Shown: positions 51,500 to 63,719 of the stretch, one piece after another
How positions within the stretch are numbered: the first letter of the stretch is position 1
Layout: each line of letters opens with the position of its first letter
Assembly (NCBI RefSeq): GCF_001194135.2
Contig: NC_068984.1
Coordinates: 292,439 to 356,438, forward strand
Reading direction: 5' to 3'
DNA: 64,000 bases
DNA from: Octopus bimaculoides
Taxonomy: Eukaryota
Made by a program: the position numbers and the translations under genes
The notes under the pieces: generated by a model
Databases searched by the model: none
Told to the model about the DNA's origin: nothing
What the model saw: the letters and a program-made list of their open reading frames with translations, nothing else

Positions 51500-53184
51500 T
51501 AATAATCATTTTCTTTGAGGCATTCTGTTTTTTTTTCTTCTTTCTTCAAATTTTCTTCCATTTCTCGCCGAGTGTTTTCCGTACACCTAGGGCAGAGAAA
51601 CTCGTTGTATGCATTCCCAGTTTACATACGCAAATTCATAGGTAAAACATGTATTTAAGAAAAAAAAAAACAAAAAAAAACCTCATGAATGGATGTTGTT
51701 TTCACAGCGATAATGCTCTTCTCAGTACATGAGTCGTTCCAGTTAGCACGATTTTTTGCACTTCCTGTAGGGATGGTAAGCCTGGTATCATTTTCAAATA
51801 GGTTTCAGTACCTTTTTTTTTATCATTCCTAGAGATCCTACAATCACTGGTATGGTAGTCGCCTTGAGGTGCCACATTTTTTCAATTTCTATGAGCAAGT
51901 CTTTATNNNNNNNNNNNNNNNNNNNNNNNNNNNNNNNNNNNNNNNNNNNNNNNNNNNNNNNNNNNNNNNNNNNNNNNNNNNNNNNNNNNNNNNNNNNNNN
52001 NNNNNNNNNNNNNNNNNNNNNNNNNNNNNNNNNNNNNNNNNNNNNNNNNNNNNNNNNNNNNNNNNNNNNNNNNNNNNNNNNNNNNNNNNNNNNNNNNNNN
52101 NNNNNNNNNNNNNNNNNNNNNNNNNNNNNNNNNNNNNNNNNNNNNNNNNNNNNNNNNNNNNNNNNNNNNNNNNNNNNNNNNNNNNNNNNNNNNNNNNNNN
52201 NNNNNNNNNNNNNNNNNNNNNNNNNNNNNNNNNNNNNNNNNNNNNNNNNNNNNNNNNNNNNNNNNNNNNNNNNNNNNNNNNNNNNNNNNNNNNNNNNNNN
52301 NNNNNNNNNNNNNNNNNNNNNNNNNNNNNNNNNNNNNNNNNNNNNNNNNNNNNNNNNNNNNNNNNNNNNNNNNNNNNNNNNNNNNNNNNNNNNNNNNNNN
52401 NNNNNNNNNNNNNNNNNNNNNNNNNNNNNNNNNNNNNNNNNNNNNNNNNNNNNNNNNNNNNNNNNNNNNNNNNNNNNNNNNNNNNNNNNNNNNNNNNNNN
52501 NNNNNNNNNNNNNNNNNNNNNNNNNNNNNNNNNNNNNNNNNNNNNNNNNNNNNNNNNNNNNNNNNNNNNNNNNNNNNNNNNNNNNNNNNNNNNNNNNNNN
52601 NNNNNNNNNNNNNNNNNNNNNNNNNNNNNNNNNNNNNNNNNNNNNNNNNNNNNNNNNNNNNNNNNNNNNNNNNNNNNNNNNNNNNNNNNNNNNNNNNNNN
52701 NNNNNNNNNNNNNNNNNNNNNNNNNNNNNNNNNNNNNNNNNNNNNNNNNNNNNNNNNNNNNNNNNNNNNNNNNNNNNNNNNNNNNNNNNNNNNNNNNNNN
52801 NNNNNNNNNNNNNNNNTTATTACAAGTCAGTAGCTTGCGGATTTTTCTATCAATTTTGACTATTTCACTGGTATTCCAGTTAAGCACATTGAAGCTATAA
52901 AGAACAACTGGGACTGCTAAGGAATTTATGGCTAACACCTTATTATATGCATTCAGCTCAGACTTCAGAACTGCTCGAACTCTTCTATAACATTCCTTCC
53001 TAACCTTCTCTTTCATGCTTGCATGCTGGATACCAGAGCCTTCATTTATTCCTAGGTATTTATAGGTTTCTTCCTGCTCAAGTTCTTTTATTACTGTTTC
53101 GACATCTAATTCTATTGAACTTGACTTTACTAGCTTCCCTTTCTTAAAAGTGGCTTTGGCACACTTTTCAAGGCCAAACTCCAT
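51500..53184 (-). mobile_element. 5'-truncated R4/Dong-clade retrotransposon (RT thumb to REL end and 3'UTR), 911-N gap inside
   Basis: MEFGLEKCAK...YKYLG...AINSLAVPVVLYSF, and KDLLIEIEKMWHLKATTIPVIVGSLG...VQKIVLTGTTHVLRRALSL-stop. The 5' end abuts (AAT)n. Confidence 0.9.
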
Positions 53185-53264
53185 CCCGATTATTATTATT
53201 ATTATTACTACTATTATTATTATTCTATAAACATCCTAAACGTCTTTGTTATTCATTTCCATTA

Positions 53265-53309
<45 letters not shown>

Positions 53310-54440
53310 ACTCAGAATATGGAACGCGTTCTTGCTTTCTTTTAGTGTTTCCGGTTAGACTTGTATAAAAGTTTAGTTGGAAACTATTTAAACTAAGTTG
53401 ATATTGTTTTGTAAATATATATACCAAGATCGAAATATATATACCAAGATCGAAATGTATTTATTGGTCAGATATAAAGCATAGAATTAGTACTGGGAAG
53501 TCGATTTAGAGTTAAATTCGGCTGATGAAATTTTAAAACGAACAAACTTCGGGGCGTTTTGTCTACAACTAAACAAGTAAGGCGCCGTAAATTTTTGGCA
53601 AAGTATATTGGTTGAGAGCCAGTTAAATTGGTAAGCCAAAGACGTCTCAAGTTTACAATGGAAAAGTCAAATCACAATGATAATTAAATGAATTAAGTTA
53701 ATGAAATAGATTGGTTGCTCTTGTAGTTGGCGGCTGCTCTTTTCTATGAAATGCACACAGAATATTTGAGTTTTGTGACTTTGATCAGAAACATGTTTGG
53801 TATTAAAACCATGTTGTTTTTGTTATGTATGTGTGTATGTATGTACACACACACACATACACACACACACATGTACACACACACACACACACACACACAC
53901 ANNNNNNNNNNNNNNNNNNNNNNNNNNNNNNNNNNNNNNNNNNNNNNNNNNNNNNNNNNNNNNNNNNNNNNNNNNNNNNNNNNNNNNNNNNNNNNNNNNN
54001 NNNNNNNNNNNNNNNNNNNNNNNNNNNNNNNNNNNNNNNNNNNNNNNNNNNNNNNNNNNNNNNNNNNNNNNNNNNNNNNNNNNNNNNNNNNNNNNNNNNN
54101 NNNNNNNNNNNNNNNNNNNNNNNNNNNNNNNNNNNNNNNNNNNNNNNNNNNNNNNNNNNNNNNNNNNNNNNNNNNNNNNNNNNNNNNNNNNNNNNNNNNN
54201 NNNNNNNNNNNNNNNNNNNNNNNNNNNNNNNNNNNNNNNNNNNNNNNNNNNNNNNNNNNNNNNNNNNNNNNNNNNNNNNNNNNNNNNNNNNNNNNNNNNN
54301 NNNNNNNNNNNNNNNNNNNNNNNNNNNNNNNNNNNNNNNNNNNNNNNNNNNNNNNNNNNNNNNNNNNNNNNNNNNNNNNNNNNNNNNNNNNNNNNNNNNN
54401 NNNNNNNNNNNNNNNNNNNNNNNNNNNNNNNNNNNNNNNN

Positions 54441-55780
54441 CTGGACGCTCGGCAAAGGAAAGAAAGAGAACTTGACGTTTTGAGCGGAGCTCTTCGTCGA
54501 AAACATAGGAAAGTCCAAAGAAGGGAAGACGGAGGAAGAAAAAATCGCCAACGATATCCACGAGGTTACATTATATATATATATATATATTTATACACAC
54601 ACACTTACTTGGAAATGGATACATGGTGATACCAAATGCAGAGGAAAGCAGGGCATTCTGGAGAGGGATCTGGGATCAACCTGTAGCGAATAATGATGAA
54701 GCAGAGTGGCTGCATGAAATCCAAGATAGGTTAAGAAATACAGAAGGCCAAGAAGTCATGAAAATAACTATAGAAATCGTAAAAAAGCAGTTAAGAAAAA
54801 ATTCCCAAATTGGAAGAGCTCAGGACCGGATGGGGTCCAAGGTTATGGCATGAAGAAGCTGAGAAGGCTCCATGAAAGAATAGCGTAATAGCTAGATGAA
54901 TGCTTGCTTGCAGGAAGGCGCAGTCCCCAGCTGGATGACAAAACGAAAGACATTGTTATGTACCAAGGATCCTGAAAAGGGAAATGTTGCATCCAACTTT
55001 AGACCAATAACATACTTTCTACTAATGTGGAAACTAATGTCATGTGCTTTGGCTGATGAACTGTATAGATACTTGGTAAAAGTGGGCTACTACCCATTGA
55101 ACAGAAAGGGTGCCGAAAGAGGAGTCGCGGAGCGAAGGATCAACTCTTAATTGATAATCTAATTATCTGGAACTGCAAGAGAAGATACACAAACTTGAGC
55201 ATGGCATGGGTTGACTATCGAAAAGCCTGCGAAATGATACCTCACTCCTGGACAATAAGAACAATGGAAATGTATGGAGTAGCAGAAAATATGAGAAGCT
55301 TCATATGGAATAGCATAATGTGCTGGATAACGGAATTGACAGCATGGAATTAGAGTATTAGGAGAGGTGAAAATCAAGATTTGATGTTGCATGCTCCTTT
55401 GACCCCCGAATAGTCAAGAAGGAAGGCGAAAAGATTGATAAATACAACACTCTTTAGTACGAAATAGCCTGACTATGGAAAATGAAGAAGGCGAATATAG
55501 TGCCAATTATTGTTGGGTCCTTGGGAACAGTATCAGAAGGCATCAAGACAAATATAAAGGAAATTGGAATAGAGTGCCCAGTAGAACTGTTACAAAAGGT
55601 TTACCTCCTTGGCACGGCCAGAATAATTAGAAAAGGATTAGATAGCTGACAAGAATGAATAGCATGGTATTGTAGGCTGCTGGTAATAAACCCGCTATGA
55701 ATGCAAGACTCCAGAAGCTCCAACAAAACCTGTGATAAAGAGAAACAACAACAACATCAACAATAATAATAATAATTGCC
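54441..55780 (+). mobile_element. Degraded R4/Dong-clade retrotransposon
   Basis: FWRGIW, PSWMT...[58 protein letters not shown]. Ends in (AAC)/(AAT)n. Confidence 0.88.
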
Positions 55781-56319
55781 CTGATGTAGTACCAAGCAGT
55801 GGCTCTCATGGCTTCTGATCTTAATTGATTGGATGTGTTATCATGTACATTGTTTTGTCTTGGTATAAAAGATGGGCTACAGCAAATATTCTGCTCAATG
55901 CGCTGTTTCTCTTGATATGAGATCACCATGTCGTGCACATATGGTTGTAATGCATGTGCCTGGTGTACCCTTATCAGAAGGGGAGTCATGATGGGTATAA
56001 TGGGCTTCGTATATTTTACCCCAGTGTCACTTTGATGGGATGCACTGCTCTCTCACTCAGTAATAATAATAATAATCTTTTCTACTATAGGCACAAGGCC
56101 TGAAATTTTGGAGATGGGTTAGTCGATTACATGAACCCTAGTGCATAACTGGTACTTAATTTATCGACTCCGAAAGGATGAAAGTAAAGTCGACCTCGGC
56201 GGAATTTGAACTGAGAGTGCAGCGACAAGTGAAACACCACCAAGCATTTCGTCCAGCGCACTAACGATTCTGCCAACTCATTACCTTAATTAATGATAAT
56301 TAGGATTCATCTACCAACA

Positions 56320-56950
56320 TTGCTGAAAAAGATTGGTGCGAGTGTGAAGGTAGAACACCTATAAAAATCAGAATTGCTTGGAACTGCAAGAATTCTTCGC
56401 AGGGATCTTCATGCATGACCAGTAAATAAGTGTCACCTTAGTCTGCTGTCTGTGGACAGCTGACGCCTTCCATCAAACCCAGCAAAATAAACTTTAAGAT
56501 TTCATCTCATAATACTGGCCAAGTATAATGCCTGAAAAATTTCCCAGCACTACACAAAAGAATAGCCACGCAAACGGATAAAATCCTCAACAACGGCGTG
56601 CAAATCCCAAAGTGGCTGACCACAAGTAAAACAATTCTTTGCCAAAAGGATTCCAGCAAAGGCAAATATGCAGGATGTAGAAAATGAAGAGATTGAACAT
56701 GATACCCCATAGTAATTGGTGCACTTGGCAGTATCAGCACTCAATTATCAGCACTCAACTATCAGCACTCAACTATCAGCATAACACAAAAAGGTTGGTA
56801 CGAATGTGAAGATAGAACACCCCCAAAAATCAGAATTGCTTGGAACTGTAAGAATTCTCCGCAGGATTCTTGAAGCATGATCAGTAAAACAAGAATCACC
56901 TTAGTCCGCTGTCTGTGGACAGCTGCACTCAGTTTTCGTCAAGGGATAAT
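56320..56950 (+). mobile_element. Scrambled R4-derived composite: 3' end, RT fragment, REL fragment, 14-bp repeat, second 3' end
   Basis: KSELLGTARILRR at about 56365-56405; ALHKRIA...PKWLTT.KTILCQKD at 56520-56660; PIVIGALGSIS then (TATCAGCACTCAAY)x3.5; KSELLGTVRILRRILEA at 56825-56880. Confidence 0.75.
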
Positions 56951-57174
56951 GATAAGGGTTTCAAATTTTGGCACAAGGCCAGCAATTTCGGAGGAGAGGA
57001 CTAGTCGTTTATATCGATCCCAGTGCTCAACCGATACTTACTTTATTGATTTTGAAGGGACGAAAGACCAAGTCGATCCCAGCGGAATTTAAACTCAGAA
57101 CGTGAAGACAAACGAAATGTCGCCGAGCGTTTGGTCCCGCGGCGAATGGTGCTGTCAGCTCCCCGCCTTGCTTT

Positions 57175-57546
57175 ACACATGTTCTTTTGCTTGTTTCAGT
57201 CATTTGACTGCGGCCATGCTGGAGCACCACCTTCAGTCGATCAAATCGACCCCAGGACTTATTCTTTGTAAGCCTAGTACTGATTCTACTGGTTTCTTTT
57301 GTCGAATTGCTAAGTTACGGGGATATAAACACACCAACATCGGTTGTCAAGCGATGGTGGGGGGACAAACACAGACACAAATATATATACATACATATGA
57401 CGTGCTTCTTACAGTTTCCGTCTATCAAATCCACTCACAAGGCTTTGGTCGGCCCGAGGCTATAGTAGAAGACACCCAAGGTGCCACGCAGTGGGACTGA
57501 ACTCGGGACCATATGGTTGGTAAGCAAGCTACTTACCACACAGCCT
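57175..57546 (-). mobile_element. Full-length CORE-like tRNA SINE
   Basis: Head GGCTGTGTGGTAAGTAGCTTGC...GGGTTCAGTCCCACTGCGTGGCACCTTGGG; same family as 12733-13130. Confidence 0.85.
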
Positions 57547-58245
57547 ATATATTCATATTTAAAAATAAAAAATAAAAAATCAAACTCCAAAACATAAAAA
57601 CAAAAACAAGCATTTTTCTGATGTAAAGTCTTGTTTGAAAAGTTCGGACTTGTGTCTTTCTACAGTAACTTCTCCAGATCGATAAACGCCACTCTTTAAC
57701 AAAGGCCCAGCAGTTATTAACTACCAAAGTTAGCATATCTGCAGAGCTTTTAACTTCAGTCTGCTATTGCCTCGTATAGTTCTGATATAAATATCATAAA
57801 AGCCGTCTTCATTCTTAAAACATAAACTCTGCTGCTAAAACCAAGCTTTGGCTTGTTTTTGCTAAACCCCAGGACCTTTATTGTTTAACTCCAGGTCAGT
57901 TCTCATTCGATCCATGGACTCTTGGCATTTCAGACATGCTCAGTCAATACTGTTGCACATCAGCTGCATTATCTAATATGTCCCCCACCCTTTTTGAAGA
58001 CGGTAGGGTGTAATTTGAAGGATATTTGACTGCTGTTTCTAGCAAGTTGGGGCTCCCTCATTGGGTATTTATAAGACACTGCTTACGATAGAACCGAACG
58101 TACAGCAGCCATTTCACTGGTAAAGGTTAAAAGCAGTGAATGAAGTGATATGATGGCCAACCCGTACTCAGCTCGTACTCCACCACTCGGTTGTTTCATT
58201 AATGTAATGTACTTTCACTTAGAGCGGATANNNNNNNNNNAGAGT

Positions 58246-58287
<42 letters not shown>

Positions 58288-58776
58288 AAACAAGAGAGAG
58301 AGAGAAAGAAAGAAAGCAAGAGAGAGAGCGAGATGAATAAGAATAACAGAACTAGTGTGGTTCTTTGGTTTAGTCATCAACAGTGGAGGCCATGCTGGAG
58401 CCAACACCTCGAAAAAAAAAGAGTCTGCAGTGGAATTTATATTACCGTCAGTGATTTGGTGACGCTAAAGTGTATTTATTTGTGCTTTAATCCAACCAAT
58501 GACTCACATTTTAGAAATTCTTATCGAAACGGTCTTTTTACAATTCATTCATTTCTATTTTATTTAAAGAACAAAACAAATACAAAAAAAAGAAAAAAGA
58601 AAACAAAACAAAACGATTTCTTAATTTCCCCGAAGTCATTGTTGTGAGGGAATGGAGTTTAAGAATTGAATTTCTGACAAGTTAATGGTCCTTGTAATTC
58701 CAATTATCACGTGGTTTCGATTTTTACAACTTTGGAAATCGGTGAACACACACTAGGGTTTATTCGTTTAAAACAA

Positions 58777-58875
58777 GGTCACTTGAGTCATTTATTGACA
58801 ATTAAAAGAAGGTCGCTTGAGTCATTTATTGACAATTAAACGAAGCCGCTTGAGTCTTTTATTGACAGTTAAAAA
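58777..58875. repeat. About 34-bp tandem repeat, 3 copies
   Basis: GGTCRCTTGAGTCATTTATTGACAATTAAAAGAA at 58777 and 58811, with a diverged third copy. Confidence 0.85.
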
Positions 58876-59747
58876 AATTCAGATTAGGCTCCGTAGTTAG
58901 GAAGCTCGTTTTGAAACTGCATAGTTTCGGGTTCTGCCCCACTCCGCGACATCTCTTCCATAATATACCAATGCGTTGTGAATTTGGTAGACAGAAACTG
59001 CGTGGAAGTTCGTCCATATAATGATGATGATGATAATAATAATAATAATAATAATAATAAACCGCTCGAATACTCCGGAAGGTGCTCGAAAAATAAGAGG
59101 TGTTACCTTAGTTCAGTGGTAGTGAACATCTGAGACCGTAGTGCATCTCCAGCGTTAGAAGCTGTGCAAAGAAAATGATAATAATAATAATAATCCTTGG
59201 ATGGAATTTATAAACATTTATTTGCATAGCTACGCGCATTTCCACAAGTCACGTGACTCTTAAGATCACAGTCTGTATTCCTGGGATGATTACAGTGTAG
59301 TCTGTAGTATCCGTGGGTATCCGGTTGATAATCATCCTTGAGTCATTTCTTCAGGCGATATAACATTAGCGGATGGACAGAAGAGCAATATTTATCTCTT
59401 TTCACCAGCATGAAGGTTCAGCGAGCAACGCGGGTATTTCTGTGAGGAGGGGGAGGTGATGGAAATAGAGGAAGGAAAGGTAGTTATATGGGGATGGAGG
59501 TGTGTGTGTGGTGGTATTGGATTTATTTTGCTATTCATTCAGCAGATATTGAAGATGGATAGTATAACCAATTCAGTCAAAAAACGCCACTGATAAATAT
59601 AGCAGAAGTACCTGATGACCTTTGAGTTCCGAAATTATTGGAAATAGTCATACCTTAATTGAAATCAAACAAAAGAATGTGGCCGGCATAATGGAATAGA
59701 AGCTTTATTTGCATATTCAAAATGTTTCCCTTAAACAAATTTAAAAG

Positions 59748-59778
<31 letters not shown>

Positions 59779-60375
59779 NNNNNNNNNNNNNNNNNNNNNN
59801 NNNNNNNNNNNNNNNNNNNNNNNNNNNNNNNNNNNNNNNNNNNNNNNNNNNNNNNNNNNNNNNNNNNNNNNNNNNNNNNNNNNNNNNNNNNNNNNNNNNN
59901 NNNNNNNNNNNNNNNNNNNNNNNNNNNNNNNNNNNNNNNNNNNNNNNNNNNNNNNNNNNNNNNNNNNNNNNNNNNNNNNNNNNNNNNNNNNNNNNNNNNN
60001 NNNNNNNNNNNNNNNNNNNNNNNNNNNNNNNNNNNNNNNNNNNNNNNNNNNNNNNNNNNNNNNNNNNNNNNNNNNNNNNNNNNNNNNNNNNNNNNNNNNN
60101 NNNNNNNNNNNNNNNNNNNNNNNNNNNNNNNNNNNNNNNNNNNNNNNNNNNNNNNNNNNNNNNNNNNNNNNNNNNNNNNNNNNNNNNNNNNNNNNNNNNN
60201 NNNNNNNNNNNNNNNNNNNNNNNNNNNNNNNNNNNNNNNNNNNNNNNNNNNNNNNNNNNNNNNNNNNNNNNNNNNNNNNNNNNNNNNNNNNNNNNNNNNN
60301 NNNNNNNNNNNNNNNNNNNNNNNNNNNNNNNNNNNNNNNNNNNNNNNNNNNNNNNNNNNNNNNNNNNNNNNNNNN

Positions 60376-60640
60376 ATATAGGTACAGGACGTCACTATCG
60401 GCGCAACCAGCATGAAGTGCGTAAACAAACGAGGGAAAAATGAGTGAAATACGTAAACAACGAGAAAAAAATGAAGGAAAACAAGACAAGTTAATACAAA
60501 GAAAGGAGCCTTCATCAGTTGTCGGCTGTCTATCTACTCATTCCGAGCATTCAACGACAATATGAGTCTTCAAAAACAGTTGCTCCCATAAATTCTAAAA
60601 TAAAATTTAGCATTATGGAGGGTCAAAGTTGGGAACAAAA
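60376..60640. mobile_element. Interspersed repeat fragment, possibly Penelope pLTR-derived
   Basis: Contains CCTTCATCAGTTGTCGGCTG (minus CTGATGAAGG), a context typical of PLE-derived repeats. Family assignment is inference only. Confidence 0.3.
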
Positions 60641-60739
60641 AAAAAGAAAAAAAAAAGTGACTGTGGAGGCATGCAAGGAGACCGAACGAAAACAAACATG
60701 GAAGGTCGTTAGACACGAACGAGAGGAAAATAGTGAACG

Positions 60740-61050
60740 CTAGGAGAAACATTTTGCGAAAAGAGAAAAGATAGAAGACGTATAGCTCGTGGTCCCAGCC
60801 TTGGATGAATCTTGAAGTAGTTTGGGCAATGCTGGTGGTATATTCTCCACGACGTACAAATGACGTATGGATCGCGGCGGCGCTGGAGAGAGTAGAGTTT
60901 CAAGGCTTTGAGGCGGTCCCAGTAATCGAGATCAGTCATGCCTTCAATTCGTTTAGTGAGTGCCCTCTGGGGTAACTCAATCCTCGAGATGTGTTTGTAT
61001 TGTATGGGGAGACCACAGGGGGCAGCAATATTCGAGGTGTGGCCGAGGTA
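60740..61050 (-). mobile_element. CR1/L2/Jockey-group LINE C-terminal fragment
   Basis: ISRIELPQRALTKRIEGMTDLDYWDRLKALKLYSLQRRRD motif. Confidence 0.8.
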
Positions 61051-61523
61051 TATATATATATAATAAATATTATTACAATACAGTAGTATTATTTTCAATA
61101 CAATAGTAATATTTTCCAGCGAAATAAAGCACCGTAAAGGTAGAGTTATAAATAGAAAATAGTGATACAAGGTGTCAAGTTTTGTTGAAAATAGCAGTCG
61201 AAAACCGGGGGGAACGGAAGAATTCCAACCACATTTCGTGGTTCGATACCTCACCAGCACCATTATAGAATTCAGTGGTTAAGGACATCATCAGGAGGAA
61301 CCACGTCCGGTTTCGGCCCATAANNNNNNNNNNNNNNNNNNNNNNNNNNNNNNNNNNNNNNNNNNNNNNNNNNNNNNNNNNNNNNNNNNNNNNNNNNNNN
61401 NNNNNNNNNNNNNNNNNNNNNNNNNNNNNNNNNNNNNNNNNNNNNNNNNNNNNNNNNNNNNNNNNNNNNNNNNNNNNNNNNNNNNNNNNNNNNNNNNNNN
61501 NNNNNNNNNNNNNNNNNNNNNNN

Positions 61524-61844
61524 GTCTTCACGTTCTGAGTTTAAATTCCGCTGGGATCGACTTGGTCTTTCATCCCTTCAAAATCAATAAAATAAGTATC
61601 AGTTGAGCACTGGGGTCGATATAAACGACTAGTCCTCTCCTCCGAAATTGCTGGCCTTGTGCCAAAATTTGAAACCCTTATCATTATCCCTTGACGAAAA
61701 CTGAGTGCAGCTGTCCACAGACAGCGGACTAAGGTGATTCTTGTTTTACTGATCATGCTTCAAGAATCCTGCGGAGAATTCTTACAGTTCCAAGCAATTC
61801 TGATTTTTGGGGGTGTTCTATCTTCACATTCGTACCAACCTTTT
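61524..61844 (-). repeat. Inverted duplicate of 56789-57109 (R4 3' end and Deu-like SINE junction)
   Basis: 321 bp with about 4 substitutions by eye. The distal end runs into the N-gap. Confidence 0.92.
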
Positions 61845-62240
61845 GGTGGAGGTTGTTGTGGTACTGGTAGTCCTGGTGGTAGTGGTGGTGCTAGCGGTGG
61901 GGCTGGCGGTGCTGGTGGTACTGGGGTTGTTGTTGTTGTTGGTGGTGGTACTGGTGGTGCTTGTGTTACTGGTGGTGTTGGCGGTGCTGGTGGTGCTGCT
62001 TGTGCGCGTAGTGGTGGTGATGCTGGTGGTGCTGGAAGTAATGCACCACCACATCTAGCACCAGCACCAGTAGCGCCACCTGTACCACCAGCATGACGAG
62101 CACCACCTGTACAACCACCGACACCACCAGCACCACCACCAGTACCATCACTACCACGACCATCAACAGCAGCACCGGCACCACCACCACCACCACCACC
62201 AGTACCACCAGAACCATCGGCACCACCACCACCACCACCA
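61845..62240. repeat. Degenerate (GGT)n to (ACC)n trinucleotide foldback; open Gly-rich/Pro-rich frame on the minus strand
   Basis: About 197 bp GGT-rich then about 198 bp ACC-rich, switching near 62040. Followed by a 690-N gap. Confidence 0.75.
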
Positions 62241-63033
62241 NNNNNNNNNNNNNNNNNNNNNNNNNNNNNNNNNNNNNNNNNNNNNNNNNNNNNNNNNNNN
62301 NNNNNNNNNNNNNNNNNNNNNNNNNNNNNNNNNNNNNNNNNNNNNNNNNNNNNNNNNNNNNNNNNNNNNNNNNNNNNNNNNNNNNNNNNNNNNNNNNNNN
62401 NNNNNNNNNNNNNNNNNNNNNNNNNNNNNNNNNNNNNNNNNNNNNNNNNNNNNNNNNNNNNNNNNNNNNNNNNNNNNNNNNNNNNNNNNNNNNNNNNNNN
62501 NNNNNNNNNNNNNNNNNNNNNNNNNNNNNNNNNNNNNNNNNNNNNNNNNNNNNNNNNNNNNNNNNNNNNNNNNNNNNNNNNNNNNNNNNNNNNNNNNNNN
62601 NNNNNNNNNNNNNNNNNNNNNNNNNNNNNNNNNNNNNNNNNNNNNNNNNNNNNNNNNNNNNNNNNNNNNNNNNNNNNNNNNNNNNNNNNNNNNNNNNNNN
62701 NNNNNNNNNNNNNNNNNNNNNNNNNNNNNNNNNNNNNNNNNNNNNNNNNNNNNNNNNNNNNNNNNNNNNNNNNNNNNNNNNNNNNNNNNNNNNNNNNNNN
62801 NNNNNNNNNNNNNNNNNNNNNNNNNNNNNNNNNNNNNNNNNNNNNNNNNNNNNNNNNNNNNNNNNNNNNNNNNNNNNNNNNNNNNNNNNNNNNNNNNNNN
62901 NNNNNNNNNNNNNNNNNNNNNNNNNNNNNNAATGTGTTGGGTTGGGGGGGGGGAGAAGGAACTGGAGGCAAAAAGGAAAAAAGGAGTTGTTGAGAATATA
63001 GAAAGATAAGCGACAGACAAAAGAAGACGAGAA

Positions 63034-63072
<39 letters not shown>

Positions 63073-63719
63073 AAGATAGGAAGAAGAAAGAGAGAGAGAG
63101 AGAGAGAACGAGAAGAGGAAAGAAAAGAGAATAACCGAAATAAACGAAGCGAAATTGTGTTTAATCGATTGGTGATTAGTGATTGGGATTGTGATTAGTA
63201 ATTTGTAATTTAAATGTCTAAGAGGAATTGGTGAAGGATCGCGTTTAGTGGAGAGAATGGTATTTTTAATGGTAGCAGAATCGAGATGTGTTGGAAAAAT
63301 TATTACTTTGTGTTTTCTTGGAGAAGAATCTAGATTTAAGGAGAGAATAATAACAAAGTGTTTCATTACTGAAGAATCTAGGCAGGTGAAGAGAGCAAGA
63401 TGAGATTTTGTTGTAGAAGAATCTTGATGAAAGGAGAAGATAATTGCATGGTGTTTATTATGTAGAAGGATCTAAAATCTAGACTAGCCATCTACAAGGA
63501 TCTACATTTGTAGAGAAAATGATAATGCGATTCTGTGAGGAAGGACCGTCTAATAACATAATGTTTCATTAGTTAAGGATGGAGATTGGTAGAAAGAATA
63601 TTATTCCGTTGAAAAATTATCTAAATTTATTGGGAGATGTTACTTCCGGAAAAAACCAGATCTTAGTCAGGCAGAAGTCAACGTCATTCAATATACATCT
63701 ACAATCCTGCGAGGCCACC

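Noticed and set aside
51852-54629. Long ORFs of 200-490 aa in the supplied track (also near 16 kb, 33-34 kb and 59.7-63 kb)
   Set aside because: Their length comes from N-gaps translated as X and from dinucleotide repeats.
60500-60520. Hammerhead at minus-strand CTGATGAAGG
   Set aside because: No stem II partner and no GAAA downstream.
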